The translations under genes and the position numbers were made by a program. From Lama guanicoe (Eukaryota): a stretch of DNA of 64,000 bases. The stretch's first letter is position 1; every line of letters begins with the position of its first letter. Below are positions 50,820-64,000 of this stretch, piece by piece. The stretch lies in the NCBI GenBank assembly GCA_013239625.1, contig MU053410.1, forward strand, positions 84,694 through 148,693. Reading direction: 5' to 3'. Under the pieces are notes generated by a model. The model was not told where the DNA came from and did not search any database. It saw only the letters and a program-made list of their open reading frames with translations.

Positions 50820-53109
50820 AAACCAATACCACAGAAATACTAAATATCATAAGAGAATACTATGATCAACTATATGGAAACAAATTGGACAACCTAGAAG
50901 AAATGCACAAGTTTCTTAAAATACACAGTCCACCAAGACTGAATAAGAAACAGACCACTTCAATAGACCAATCACTAGAAATGAAAGAGAATTAGCAATA
51001 ATTTGCTATCACCAAAAACCTCCCTGCAAACAAAAGTCCAAGACCAGACGGCTTCACTTGGGAATTCTACGAAACATACAAAGAACTCATACCGATTCTT
51101 CTCAAACTCTAAAAATTTAGACTGAAAAGGAACGAGTACTCCTAAACACATTCTATAAAGCCACCATCACCTTGATACCAAAACCAGACAAAGACACTAC
51201 CAAAAATGAAAATTACAGGCCAATATCACTGATGAACACACATGTAAAAATCCTCAACAAAATATTAGCAAACAGAATCCAACAACACATAAAAAAGATC
51301 ATACACCATGATCAAGCTGGATTCATCCCAGGGACACAAGGATGGTTCAAAATACACAACTCAATATGACATACCACATCCACAAAATAAAGGACAAAAC
51401 CACACGGTGATCTCAACAGATGCAGAAAAAGCACGAAAAAATTCAGCCATTTATGATAAAAACTAATAACAAAGTGGGCATAAAGGAAACATATCTCAAC
51501 ATAATAAAAGCTATTTATGAAAAATCTACAGTAACCACAGTACTAAACAGTGAAAAACTGAAAACTATCCCACTAAAATCTGTAACAAGATAAGGAGGCC
51601 CACTTCAACTGCTTCTATTCAACATAGTCCTGCAACTCCTAGCAAAAGCAATCAGGCAAGAAAAAGAAATGAAAGGGATCCAAATTGAAAGAGAAGAGAT
51701 AAAACTATCATTATATGTGGATGACATACTATATATAGAAAAACATAAAACCACCACACACACACAAAAATCTACATATAATAAAGAATTTAGCAAGGTA
51801 GCAAAACACAAGATTACACACACAAATTAGTTACATTTCTTTACAATAACAATGAATCAACAAGAAAAGAAAGTAAAGAAACATTCCCTTTTAAAATTGG
51901 TTCCAAAAAATAATACAATAAGGAATAAACCTAACCAAGGATGCAAAAGATATATGTGTGGAGTACTACAAAACACTAACTAAGAAAATTAAAGAGGACT
52001 TAGAGAAATGGAAAGAAATCCCATGTCCTTGTATTGGAAGAATTAATATTGTCAAAATGGCCATACCTGCCCAGAGCAATCGATAGATTGAATGCGATCC
52101 CTATAAAATCACCCAGGACATATTTCACAGTACTAGAACAAATCATCCCAATATTTATATGGAATCAGAAAAGACCCAGATTTACCAAAGCATTACTCAA
52201 GAAGAACAACAAAGCTGCAGCAATAACCCTCTCAGACTTAAGACAGTATTACAGACCTACAATCAAAACAGCATGGTATTGGTACAAACACAGGCATATG
52301 GATCAATGGAATAGAAATGAGAGCCCAGAAATTAAACCCACAAACTTTTGCTCAATTAATCTTTGACAAAGGAGGCAAGAACATACAATGGAGGGAACAC
52401 AGTCTCTTCAGCAAATGGTATTGGGAAAACTGGACAGCAGCAGGTAAATCAATGAAGCTACAACATTCCTTTACACCATACACAAAAGTAAACTCAAAAT
52501 GGCTTGAAGACTTAAACAGAAAACTAGAATCTACAAACCTCTTAGAAGAAAACATAGGCAAAACATTATCTCACATACATCTCAGCAATGTTCTCCCAGG
52601 GCAGTCTACCCCAGCAACAGAAAGAAAAGCACAAGTAAACAAACAAATGGGACCTAACTGAACTTACAAGTTTCTGCACAGCAAAGGAAACTGTAAGCAA
52701 AACAAAAAGACAACCTACTGAATGGGAGAAAATACTTGCAAATGATTCGACTGACAAAGGCTTAATTTCCAGACTACACAATCAGCTCATACAACTCAAT
52801 AACCAAAAAACAAACCACCCAATCCAAAAATGGGCAGAAGACCTGAACATGCATTTCTCCAGTGAAGACACACAAACGGCCAACAGGCACATGAAAAAAT
52901 GCTCAATACCTCATTAACAGATAAACGCAAATCAAAACTACACACCAGTCAGAAAGGCCATCATTCAACAAAAGTCCACAAAGGAGAAATGATGAAGAGG
53001 CTGTGGTGAAAAGGGGACCGTCCTACACTGTTGGCGACAATGTAGTTTGGCATAGCCACTGTGAAAAACAGTTTGGAGATTCTTCCAAAGACTGGAACTA
53101 GACTTGCCA
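50820..53109 (+). mobile_element. L1 ORF2 (RT to C-terminus), 3'-truncated
   Basis: [53 protein letters not shown]. Confidence 0.93.
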
Positions 53110-53379
53110 AAAGATTTTGATCTCGGGGGCCGGCCGACAAGTTCCCAAAAGCCCGGGCCTCGAGTGGTATTCCAACCTAGAGGGCCAAGGGTGACCTGCG
53201 GTCCCCAGGCAGGTCCACCTAAGCAGGAAGGCCATGGCCTGAGGGCCACCTGGAGGTGCTCCAAGGCCTGTCTGGCGCCCTCCTGCCTCCCGGGGCTGCT
53301 CCTGCTTTCCCAAAACCACGTGTGAGCAGCGATGAAAACACCGGGGTTCAGAGACTACTAATGCGGGGGGGGGGGGGGG

Positions 53380-54043
53380 NNNNNNNNNNNNNNNNNNNNN
53401 NNNNNNNNNNNNNNNNNNNNNNNNNNNNNNNNNNNNNNNNNNNNNNNNNNNNNNNNNNNNNNNNNNNNNNNNNNNNNNNNNNNNNNNNNNNNNNNNNNNN
53501 NNNNNNNNNNNNNNNNNNNNNNNNNNNNNNNNNNNNNNNNNNNNNNNNNNNNNNNNNNNNNNNNNNNNNNNNNNNNNNNNNNNNNNNNNNNNNNNNNNNN
53601 NNNNNNNNNNNNNNNNNNNNNNNNNNNNNNNNNNNNNNNNNNNNNNNNNNNNNNNNNNNNNNNNNNNNNNNNNNNNNNNNNNNNNNNNNNNNNNNNNNNN
53701 NNNNNNNNNNNNNNNNNNNNNNNNNNNNNNNNNNNNNNNNNNNNNNNNNNNNNNNNNNNNNNNNNNNNNNNNNNNNNNNNNNNNNNNNNNNNNNNNNNNN
53801 NNNNNNNNNNNNNNNNNNNNNNNNNNNNNNNNNNNNNNNNNNNNNNNNNNNNNNNNNNNNNNNNNNNNNNNNNNNNNNNNNNNNNNNNNNNNNNNNNNNN
53901 NNNNNNNNNNNNNNNNNNNNNNNNNNNNNNNNNNNNNNNNNNNNNNNNNNNNNNNNNNNNNNNNNNNNNNNNNNNNNNNNNNNNNNNNNNNNNNNNNNNN
54001 NNNNNNNNNNNNNNNNNNNNNNNNNNNNNNNNNNNNNNNNNNN
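53380..54043. other. Assembly gap (664 N) following a poly-G run
   Basis: N run. Confidence 1.
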
Positions 54044-55120
54044 AAGCTGACCCCTCATGCCTCACCCCGGGTCCCCCCACCATCCTGAGACGGTCCCCTC
54101 ACCCCTCACCCCAGGATTACCCCCACCCCTCAACCGGGTCCCCCTACTCGAAACCCCTCACCCCGGGATGGCCTCCTCACGCTTCAGCCAAGTGACTTCC
54201 ACTCTGGGTGGCCTCTCACTCCTCATCCTGGCCCCTCCCGCCGCGGGATCCCCCCTCACAATGAGTGCACCCCTAACCCGAGCTGACTCCCTCACTCCTC
54301 ATTCTACCGGGGGTGGGGCGGTCTGCGCTCAGGTCACCAGAGTGACAGCCACCAGACGGGGATCCGGAGCAGTGCGCGGACACACAGCCCCGTGTCCGAG
54401 GCTCCTCCGGGGTGCGGTGGGCGGGGCTGGAGGCTGTGCCAATTCCCACCAGGGCACCCTGCACCCCACCCTCACCACCTCCGTGCCCAGGGCCTCATCT
54501 GAGCATGGGGGTCAGGGTGGTCCCGGGCCATAGGCCGCGCGCCAGTGGGCATCGGGTGGGTGATGGCGTGCGTGGTGATCCGGACACCGAGGTCGGGATG
54601 CCCTGGGCAAGGGGACCTGCCGGGACGAGCGTGCGGCCCAGGGGAGGACAGCAGGCCCTGGCAGCGGTGGCGGGGGAGGGAGGCTGCCTCGGGAGAGCCA
54701 GCCGAGTTGCTCCAATCTACCCCGCTGCCTGGCCCGGAGGAGGCGTCTTTTGCCCCAGCTTCGCTGAACGCACTTCTCCCCGTCAACCTGCTCCTTGGAG
54801 GCGGGCGGGGTGTGTTCAGGGGGTGGCAGCGGTGGCGACCGCAGGATTGGGGCTGCCCTGTGAGACCATGGGGATTTGCTCCCATTTCCCGCTGTCACTG
54901 CCGCACCCCCCCTACCCAACCCCGCACACTGACTGCACCATGCCCACCACCCAGGAGCAGGCTGACCTGTAACCTGCGTTCCATGAACCTGGGGCGGCAG
55001 AGGCCGCCCCCAGTCCAGGCCCCGGGGGAGATGGGAGCAAATGACTAGTTAGCAAGGAGCAGCCCCCCTCCTCCTGACGCCGCCCTTACCTCTGTTGCCT
55101 TAGTTCCAGCCCCCACCCAT
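54044..55120. promoter_or_regulatory. GC/CpG-rich segment
   Basis: Dense CpG with recurrent ccctcacccc motifs. Confidence 0.55.
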
Positions 55121-55129
55121 GGTTTTATT

Positions 55130-56708
55130 GAAGTGCGTATACAGGGTACATATCTCAACATAATAAAAGCTATTTATGACAAATCTACAACCAGCATAAT
55201 ACTCTGCAGTGAAAAGCTGAAAGCCTCTCTCTACTAAAATTTGACAAGGATGCCCACGCTCACCACTTCTTTTCAACAGAGTATTGAAAGTCCTGGCCAT
55301 AGCAATTAGACAACAAAAAGAAATAAAAGGGATCCAAATTGGAAAAGAAGAGGTAAAACTGTCATTATATGCAGATGGCATGATGCTATATTGAGAAAAC
55401 TCTAAAGGCTCTACACAAAAACTACTAGAGCTAAGAAAAGAAAGCAGCAAGGCAGCAGGACACAACAGCAACACACAGACGTCAGGGGCATTTATTTACC
55501 CGAGAGTAATAAATACTTTCAAAATTGCATCCAAGAAAAAAAAATTAGGAATAAATCTGACCCAGGAAGTGAAAGACTTATATGCAGAGAACTACAAAAC
55601 ACTAAGGAAATTAAAGAAGATTTAAAGAAATGGAAAGATAGCCCAGGTTCTTGCACTGAAAGAATTAATATTGTTAAAATGGTCATCCTGCCCAGAGCAA
55701 TCTACAGATTTAATGTGAACCCTATCATATCACCCAGGACATTTTTCGCAAAACTGCAACAAATCATCCAAAAGTTTATAAGGAATAGCAAAAGACCTAG
55801 AATTACCAAAGCATTCCTGAAGAAGAAGACCGAAGCTGGAGGAATAACCCTCCCAGACTTCAGACAACGCTACAGAGCTACAGCCATCCATGGTGTTGGT
55901 ACAAAAACAGACGTATGGACCAATGAAACAGAATAGACAGCCCAGAAATAAACCCACAGACCTTTGGTCCACTCATCTTCAACAAAGGAGACAAGAACAC
56001 ACAATGGAGTAAAGAACACACAGGTGTAGGGAAACCTGGACAGCTGCATGTACATCAATGAAGTTAGAATACTCCCTTACCCCATACACAAAAATAAATT
56101 CAAAATGGCTTAAAGACACGACACTACACACCTCTTTGAAGAAAACACAGGCAAAACATGATCTGACATACACCTCAGCAAAGTTCTCCTAGGGCGGTCT
56201 ACCCAAGCAATAGAAATAAAAGCAAGAATAAACAAACGGGACAATGAAACTTACAATCTTTTATACAGCAAAGGAAACCATAAGAAAAACAAAATGACAA
56301 AACCTACAAAATGGGAGAAAATACTTGCAAATGTTTCGACGGACAAAGGCTTAATGGCCAGAATGTAGAAACAGCTCATACAACTGAACAACGAAAGAAC
56401 AAACAACCCAATCCAACAATGGACAGAAAACCTAAACAAGCATTTCTCCAACGAAGACATTCAAATAGCCACCAGGCAATGAAAAACTGCTCAATATCAC
56501 TAATTATCACAGAAATGCAAATCAAAACTACAGTGAGGTATCACCTCACACCCGTCAGAATGGCCATTACTCAAGTCCTCAAATAACAAATGCTGAAGAG
56601 GCTGTGGAGAAAAGGAAACCCTCCTACACTGTTGGTGGGAATAGTTTGGTGCAGCCACTGTGGAAAGCAGTATGGAGGTTCCTCAAAAGACTAAAAATAG
56701 ACTTGCCA
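55130..56708 (+). mobile_element. L1 ORF2 fragment, 3'-truncated at the same site as the 53109 copy
   Basis: [12 protein letters not shown]...GGITLPDF; ends gacttgcca. Confidence 0.92.
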
Positions 56709-57600
56709 AAAGCGTTTGATCTCAGGGGGCAGGCCAACAAGCTCCCAAAGGCCCAGGCCTCGCCCATTATTCCGCCCCAGACCGCCTGTGCCCAGGAGGG
56801 TCGGGGCGGCCTCCACTCACCAGGCAGGCCCACCTACACAGGAAGGCCACGGCCTGAGGGCCATTAGGAGGTGCTCGGGGCCCATCCGGCGCCCTCCCAC
56901 CTCCCGGGGCTGCACCTGCTTCCCCAAACCCACATAAGAGAGGCGGCCGAGATGCGGGGTTCAGTCACTACTCATGTGGGGGGTGGGGGGGGCACCACGA
57001 ACCAGGCCGGCGGACCCCTGACACGCCTCAGGGTCCGAACGGGCCACATGGCCCAGGCCTCACCCACGCACCCCGCCCTGTGAGCCTCCCCAACTGCGCA
57101 GCCCAGGCCTCACCCACCGGCGCCCCCCACCAGCGCCCCCTTACCTGCCTGGCGGCGGCAGCGGGATCAAACACAAGCGGCGGCCCGGACCCCAGGCCGT
57201 GTTCCTGCTCGGGGAGCCGGTCCAGGAGCACCCGGCTCCCGCCAGCTTCCTCGCGCTCTGCGCCGGTTCCGTCATCCCAGCGTGCGCGTCCATGTGCGTG
57301 CGCGCCCCTCCTCCTCGCTTCCGCCGCGGGGACCCCCGGCCGGGGCTCCTGCTGTACGGGACTTGGCAACTGAAGCCTGGAGGAGCCGGGTGTGCCCGGT
57401 GGAGGGGCAGAGCCATCCCTCCCACCTACCGCCAGCCCAGGCCGGGTTCTCATTCCCAAAACGTCCCCACTCCTCCACCAACTGGTCCGGGCACCCAACT
57501 AGAACCACCACCGGCCAGGGCCAGGCCACACCTATCAGCCCTACTCCCACTGCTTGCCTCCACCGCCACCCCAGCCCCATCACTGCCCCCTCAACGCTTA
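56709..57600 (-). promoter_or_regulatory. CpG island with a possible first exon (donor CAG|GTAAGG after 57145)
   Basis: Very CpG-dense at 57100-57400; consensus 5' splice site on the minus strand. Confidence 0.5.
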
Positions 57601-59275
57601 GTTCTGTATTTTTATAGACATAAACTTCTTATTAGGCCAGTGGCCTTCACGTTGGAGCACACCTCGGGGTTCACAGAGACTGCGCAGGGCACGTGGGCAC
57701 AGGTAATATGGGAGACAGGATTTCCAGATCTCCATTTCCCACGTGTGTTCCTCCTTAAAGCAGACCCGTGACATTAGGCTGTCCTCTGTCTGCTAGCCTT
57801 TCATGGGAACTTTTTTCACACTCGAATAAAAGCAACGCCAGTTCATCTTAATCGTCTGCACTACCACTGTCCCCACAACGTAAGGACAATGATCCAATGT
57901 GAAGTATGGATGTTGATATTGGTGTAGTCAGTCTGATGAGCAGTAAACACTTCTGTAGATTACGTGATTTCCATTTTTTTTGCTTTCAACAAAACTGAAG
58001 GGGGACCTAATGATATTGTTTTCTGAATTTACAATAACAGTAGTAATTAATATTATCATTATATATTATTTTTAAAATCACATAGCTATCACCAAAATAA
58101 AGTTATAGTAGTGATAGTTTATTACTTTATAAGTAATACTTTATTGTTGTTTATTTTTTGATGATAGGTCTCTGTGTGATTTTTTTACCTCTGTCTTGGA
58201 GGGGATATAGAAGAATTCTGTTACAGTGTTGTAAAATATCTCTTTCTTGCTGTCTCTAGTTTTTATAAAAACCAGCTCTCTTAGCACCTATGTTTTTAAA
58301 AAGGAACATTGAAATAAAATTTGATGTTAAACTACGTCATTCCAGAAACAAGAAAAAGTCATCCTGTGTGTGAACTAATTCTTAAATGTCTTGCCCCTAT
58401 ATTGGGATGCACTTCAAATAAAATTTTACTTTCACATTTAGTAAACTAACAAATTCATAATATATTTCACATTTTGATCAATGTGTACCAAAATGAAACT
58501 CAATCTAAGAAATTATTTAATAGAGGATTGTGTTGCTTAAAATTTTAAAGTGAATTTATGTACAGATTTTTGTTGTAGAAATTTACATAAAATATAATAT
58601 TACATGAGTAAAACTATTTGGGACAAATGGAATGAATATATGGTTTGAAGTTTAAAAATGAATGATATACAATCTCTGACTATTAAAAAAATCTCACTCT
58701 TTTTTAATGTATGATGGTGAGTTCAAATCACTATCACTTTAAGATCCTTTTATTCAGAAAAGGAGAAATATGATTAAGCAACTGATAGTGAAATATGCTA
58801 AACATTACACCCTTAAGCTTATATTCAATGATTTTAGGTATCAATTAAAAATATACTAGTGAATACTTGCTGTTTATAAATTATCTTAGGTGTTAAGCAA
58901 GCAAGGATGTTTGAAAATCACTGGGTTGGGGATTGCAGGTTTTTTAATTTGGATATTTTATAATCACCTCTGGAAAAAAATGTGCATGTTTTTCATAAAC
59001 ATGTAACTTGCAAGGCCCTAAGCTGCCGTTTATACGCATCTGGTCACACAGACACCAGACATTCACCATCTGCCTTATTATGTTTGGTCTATTTCCTGTG
59101 CTTATTCAGGTACTCCTCTTGATTTAAAGATGACAAATGAATGCTATTTCTATCAGTTACAGTAATTTAAAATATTTCCTCAGCAAGACAAGATCTGGCA
59201 TTCTGGGGTGTTTTGTATACTATACTAATAAGTTCTAAATGTTCCCCCTTATACTTGCCTATTTCCTTTCTGCAG

Positions 59276-59332
59276 GTAACAGAAACGAAAATAAGCTCTG
59301 TCCTGAACTTCCCAGCTGTCATGAGAGAGTCG
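59276..59332 (+). pseudogene. SH3YL1: SH3YL1 penultimate exon (NRNENKLCPELPSCHERV)
   Basis: Matches recalled NRNEYKLYPGLSSYHERV; tgcag acceptor, gtaagt donor, 57 nt. Confidence 0.85.
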
Positions 59333-61989
59333 GTAAGTAAGAATATCTGTTTTGAAAATGATTCATAACCATCTTCTAATCACAAAACCCCTAATCTGGC
59401 AGGTTGTGGAAGTATCTGGGAAACTGTTCAGCAGCCCTTGCTTGAGTTATAGGCTAGCCACCTTGTTTTGAGAAGAACTTCATTTAAAACATGCTATGCA
59501 CAGTTAGATGCTGAACTTGAGGAGTCAACAGGCTGAACTTGCTGGGAGGTGCCCGCTGCCCCAAGGGCCCAGGGACTTTGGCCACAGTGCGCAGAGGCTG
59601 TGAACCACCTGTAAAGGCCCGGGAACTGGAGTTCCTTTCCTCAGACTTGTCTGAAGTCTGCACCTGCAGTCCAGGTGCCTCAAACATATTAGAAATACCT
59701 TTTTAAAGGCAAAGAGGGAAAATGTTTAGTAGTAAGAAACAAAACCCTAAGTGGGCTCTGGAGACAGAGGCTCACACTCACACCCTGTACTTCCATTCAC
59801 TGAAGATACCGTTTCCCCTCATGGTTGGTCAGTTGGTTGGATTTTATTTCTATATTTGAAGGGTTAGGACAAGTTGTACAAACTATAGGTATCAGGTTAA
59901 TATTAATATTAATTTATTTTAGTCCTTTCTCAAAATACAAAGGATTTTGAAGAAAATGAAAGAGAAGATTTAAAGTCTATTTTAAAGATAAATCTTACTT
60001 TCCATTACCGTGTTTAAAAAAAAAAAAAAAGCAGCTGTGAAAGCAGTTAAAACTCTTACCAGGGATGTCCTTACACCCTGATCCATTATCCTTGTGGAGA
60101 GAAGCCACAAGCCACGGGCCTGAGGCCCAAGGGGAAAACCCCCCAGTGCAGGATGCCCAGCCCCCCACAGGCCAGTTCCCCAGCCTGCCCCAGGCCCGCA
60201 GACAGGCTGCGTGACCATCATTCTCGAGATGTGTACACGTTTGCTTTGCACTTTTGGAAGCTCGAACCATGTCCTCGGGTCTCCCAGAGGGACACAGCGA
60301 GCGCTGGAAGCCCTGGTCTCTGGGCTTGGTACTTGAGCCTGTGCCTCCTCCGTCAGCATCTGCCCCGGCCTCTCACCTGCCCTGTGACCATCCATGGGAA
60401 CATGGCAGCTCCGTGTTGGGGGCTGTCCTGGCTGCGTGGGGCTGAGCAGCACCTGTGGACTAAGTCTACCTGGGGCCAGTAGTGGCAACCATAAATGGCC
60501 CGGACTTTGCCTTTTGAGAACCCCCCCGGTCTGGTGTCCTCCACGGGTGGCCTGTCTGGCTCGCTCAGCATGACACTCGCAATCCTACAGAGGATGTGGC
60601 CCCACGTGGCCTGGGTGGAATGTGGGTACCGGGATCAAGTTGCCTACCCAGCTTATCACTGCAGTAAATGTGAAACAACCCCAAAGCTATGTTCTCTTAC
60701 CTCTTGTTGCTTCTTGAAGGGGAACTTCCAAAGGCTGAGATCCTTCTTCCGAGTCTGGGGCCAGATGTGTTGGCTGCACGTGGGTTACACTATGCAGGCT
60801 CCACCAAGAAGTAAAAAGGCAGCAGAGTCCCGTGGACCCAGCCTTGGTAGTTACCAGCCTTAAAGCAGCTGCCAGTCACCGAAGCTGATTGTGAACTGCC
60901 TCCTGTTAAGTATGGCCCTGATTTGGGAGAGAAAAATAACCTCTGTTTAAATTAAACTTGAATATTATGACAAAAATGATCAATTGCTTTATAGATCCCC
61001 CAGATTTGGTTTTTTAAGTGCAAGAATGCAAAACTTGAAGTAACATGCATCACTCAGGGAGGGCAGGCACCTGTGCATGCGGGCTGCTCAGTGACCCTGT
61101 GGGCTGGGCTTCCATGGCCTCCAGGATGGCCTCCCTTCCTGGAAGAACATGTCTCCTTGGCTCATCAGTTTTTAATGAATCATTTTGTGGACATTAAACA
61201 TCTCCTATGGAAGTTATCCCTAATATTCACAGTAAAGAGGAGCTTTACAGCATCCCAGCTCACTGAAGACAAAGCTAGCGGCAGGCATGGCACCTAGTGG
61301 CTTATGAGCTGTCCCCTTCTGGGAGTACCTGCCTTCACTTAGGCCAGGCTCCCTGCTTTGTTTCCAGGTGGATGAACTTTCCCAACAGACTAAACTCCTG
61401 ACTCCTAGACTCGCCCCCTGGGAGGTGGGGGTTTTGCCTGACGAGTCAGCTGGGTGAGGCGTCTGGCACACCCATGTCTGCCTGTCTTAGCCACATCCCT
61501 CCCCAGCTCTGCCAGCATGAGCCCCCGCGTCAGCCTCGGTCTGGCTCCAGCCTGGATGGAAAGAGGGGCCTCCTCCATCCCAGCAGCGCTGCCCCCTCCT
61601 CACACCTGTCCATCTCTTTACTGCTTTACCCTTGTCTCATCTGGAGACGACAGTTAGAGCAAATTAGAGGGCAGGGAGTGAATCAAGTCTGCGATCCCCT
61701 CTGCCTTTCCTCTTCCTCGGTTCCTAATATCTTTTCTCCTCTAATTATTCATCATAAAATATATTCCTACAACCACTAGGCAACACTCCAGGTGTCAGTG
61801 ATCACCAAGGAGCATCAGCATCAGTTGTTACTATTCGCACGGTCTGGATAGCACAGGGATGCAGGGGAATAGACTAATTCCCCTTGAAATTTTGCTCCGT
61901 TGAAGCAAAATGCTCTGCTGAATCTTGGCTCTGTCTGTTGAATGCAATTTAAGACATGTGTGGTTGCTGAGGACCCTGGGGTGTAATCT

Positions 61990-62100
61990 CTATAGCGGTT
62001 AAAAGTGCTGGAGACAGACCTCCCAGACTCAGCTCCCAGCCCTGGGACAGATCACTTAACGTTGGCAAGTCTCGGTTTGTATTCTGTGCAGTGGGGACAT
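61990..62100 (+). mobile_element. Possible MIR remnant
   Basis: agcggttaaaag...gggacagatcacttaac...ctcggttt. Confidence 0.4.
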
Positions 62101-63816
62101 GTGGGCATGTCCGGCACCCACCACCGTGCCCGGCTCAGTGGACAGGAGAGACTTACCGTGCACACAGAGAGGGACACCTGTACCCTGCCATCAGCATTCC
62201 TACGCATCTTTAATTTTGCAGTTAGTGCTCCAAACAGGGTACGTGTGCGGCAGCTAAGACGGCTGTGGCTTTCAAAATATTCCCCGATGCTCACAAGCAC
62301 CTTTCACTTGCTGCTTCTCGTTGTCCATCGTGTCTGGGGGACAAGAGGGCAGAGGAGTAACTTGAGGGCTTTCACTAGTTAAGTTCGGTTACTCAAGATT
62401 GAGCTCCATAGGGAGGTCATGAGTATAATTATTGATAAGAAAATCATGTTCAGAATGATTTTTCTTCAACATCAACTTGCATTCTTCTGATCTGGTGACA
62501 ACGTGGCGTGGCATGAGGACTGGTCTCAACGTAGTGTGACAGCTACTTTCCCTGGTGCTTAGCAACGACTGTTTATCAGTATATTGGTAGTCATTCAACT
62601 GGTTTTGATTTGATCCAGGTTCGGTCAAGTTTCTTTTAGTGAAATACGTTTAGCCTTATTTCTTAAAATTAGTAGATTAAAAATAAATACAGTATAAAAT
62701 ATAAAAATATAAAGCACTTCATTTTATGGAAGGACTATTCCGGTAATATTGCTAGTGGGATTAGTTATTATTAAGGTTATTTCTCTGGGAGAACTCAACT
62801 ACAAGACATGTGCTTTATAGAAAGAGCTATAGCACCATCTTGTGTGAGATACAAATTCAGTGCTTCAGTCAAGGTAGTTTAATTAAAGTGATGACTATTT
62901 TTATTTCTTACTGACAGGCCAAGTTCAGTTTATTTTTATTATTATAGTATTATAGGCTCAAATAAGTAACTGGCTTTAGAATTTGGTTATTTATATTTTC
63001 TGTATATTTGCTCTTCGATGCAAGCACCCAATGGCCTAATGTATGCACAAAATTGTACAGAACTTGGAAATGCTGGATTCCATGTAGCTGAGGACAAAGA
63101 AAGTGTGTTTCTGTGTAATTCTGTAGAATTCTTGTGATGCTACACAGTTTATGGTATTTGATGTCTTTCACTCGTGTTACCCACTCAATTCTCAGGGTAT
63201 TTCTTCCCAATACAACACCCACAATTCTAGACGCAGTGTAAAGTTCTTGTTAAACGTGTAGACGTGCTTCTTGATGCACAAATTTGAATTTTGTCTCTGT
63301 TTTGAGAGAAGGGATCCAGTAAGTACAGCAGTGAGAACAGCCATAAAAGCCTGGGGGAGGTAAGTGTCTGCAGCTGCAATGGCACGGGCACCGGGGCCGG
63401 AGTCCTCAAAGCCAGTGACTGCAGAGCTCGGTGTTCACGTTAAGGCTGTAATGATCCAATCAGGAGCATAAGCATCGACTTTCATCAAATAACTATAGTT
63501 CATGGAAACTATCCTGACTATTCTATTAAAACAGGAAAAACTGAGAAATATTATAGATTATTCAAAATTTAAACTCATAACCACAATAATTGCTGAACAC
63601 ATGTTTAAGTACATAATCAAATGCAGTCTGACTTGTGTGGATTTAGGGAATGTTATTACCAAACGTGTGCTCTTCACAATGGGGTGAAATCACAGCCCAC
63701 GTGCTTCCAAGGCGTCCGCACACCAAGCCCCGAGTTGTTCACGGATATCTTACTGACACATGCTTCCAGTTTCCTCATAAAAATGTGAATAATTTAAATA
63801 CTTTTTCTTATTTTAG

Positions 63817-64000
63817 GCAATTGAAACCAGCCTACAGAAGTGACAGCACTGTATTCTTTTGAAGGACAACAGCCGGGGGACTTGAATTTTCAAGCTAGAG
63901 ACAGAATCACAGTTTTATTAAAAACAGACTCACATTTTGATTGGTGGGAAGGAAAGCTTCGAGGTCAAACTGGCATTTTTCCAGCCAACTCTGTTATCAT
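63817..64000 (+). pseudogene. SH3YL1: SH3YL1 last exon (SH3 domain) with premature stop
   Basis: GN*NQPTEVTALYSFEGQQPGDLNFQARDRITVLLKTDSHFDWWEGKLRGQTGIFPANSVI; TGA at 63822-63824. Confidence 0.92.

Noticed and set aside
50820..53109. Active L1 reverse transcriptase
   Set aside because: ORF2 is broken into short frames by stops and frameshifts, and is truncated at both ends.
53256..54083. Long ORFs of 236-264 aa
   Set aside because: Artefacts of translating through the N gap.
57885..57940. C/D-box snoRNA
   Set aside because: The C box is a poor match (ATGATCC) and no terminal stem is evident.

Overview
This is mammalian, non-prokaryotic genomic DNA, most likely camelid, inferred from two tRNA-derived vic-1-like SINEs. 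It is a repeat-rich mosaic of duplicated gene pieces. The main feature (minus strand, 14835 to <182) is a divergent, intron-containing paralog of MIA3/TANGO1 with short, TANGO1S/cTAGE5-like architecture. Fourteen exons with GT-AG sites and matching phases join into an uninterrupted 409-codon frame that runs off the left edge. Four other MIA3-homologous exons are decayed, and one coiled-coil exon carries a 21-bp heptad expansion. The window also holds a JAKMIP1 retrocopy fragment and a Tigger1 in its introns, and an old NUMT (COX3 to ND4). There is a six-exon COL12A1 FN3 pseudogene fragment, the last two exons of a disabled SH3YL1 copy, many nested L1 pieces, CpG-rich islands, a duplicated L1/GC-rich unit and a 664-bp assembly gap. 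Homology calls come from my recall of the human proteins, not from database searches.
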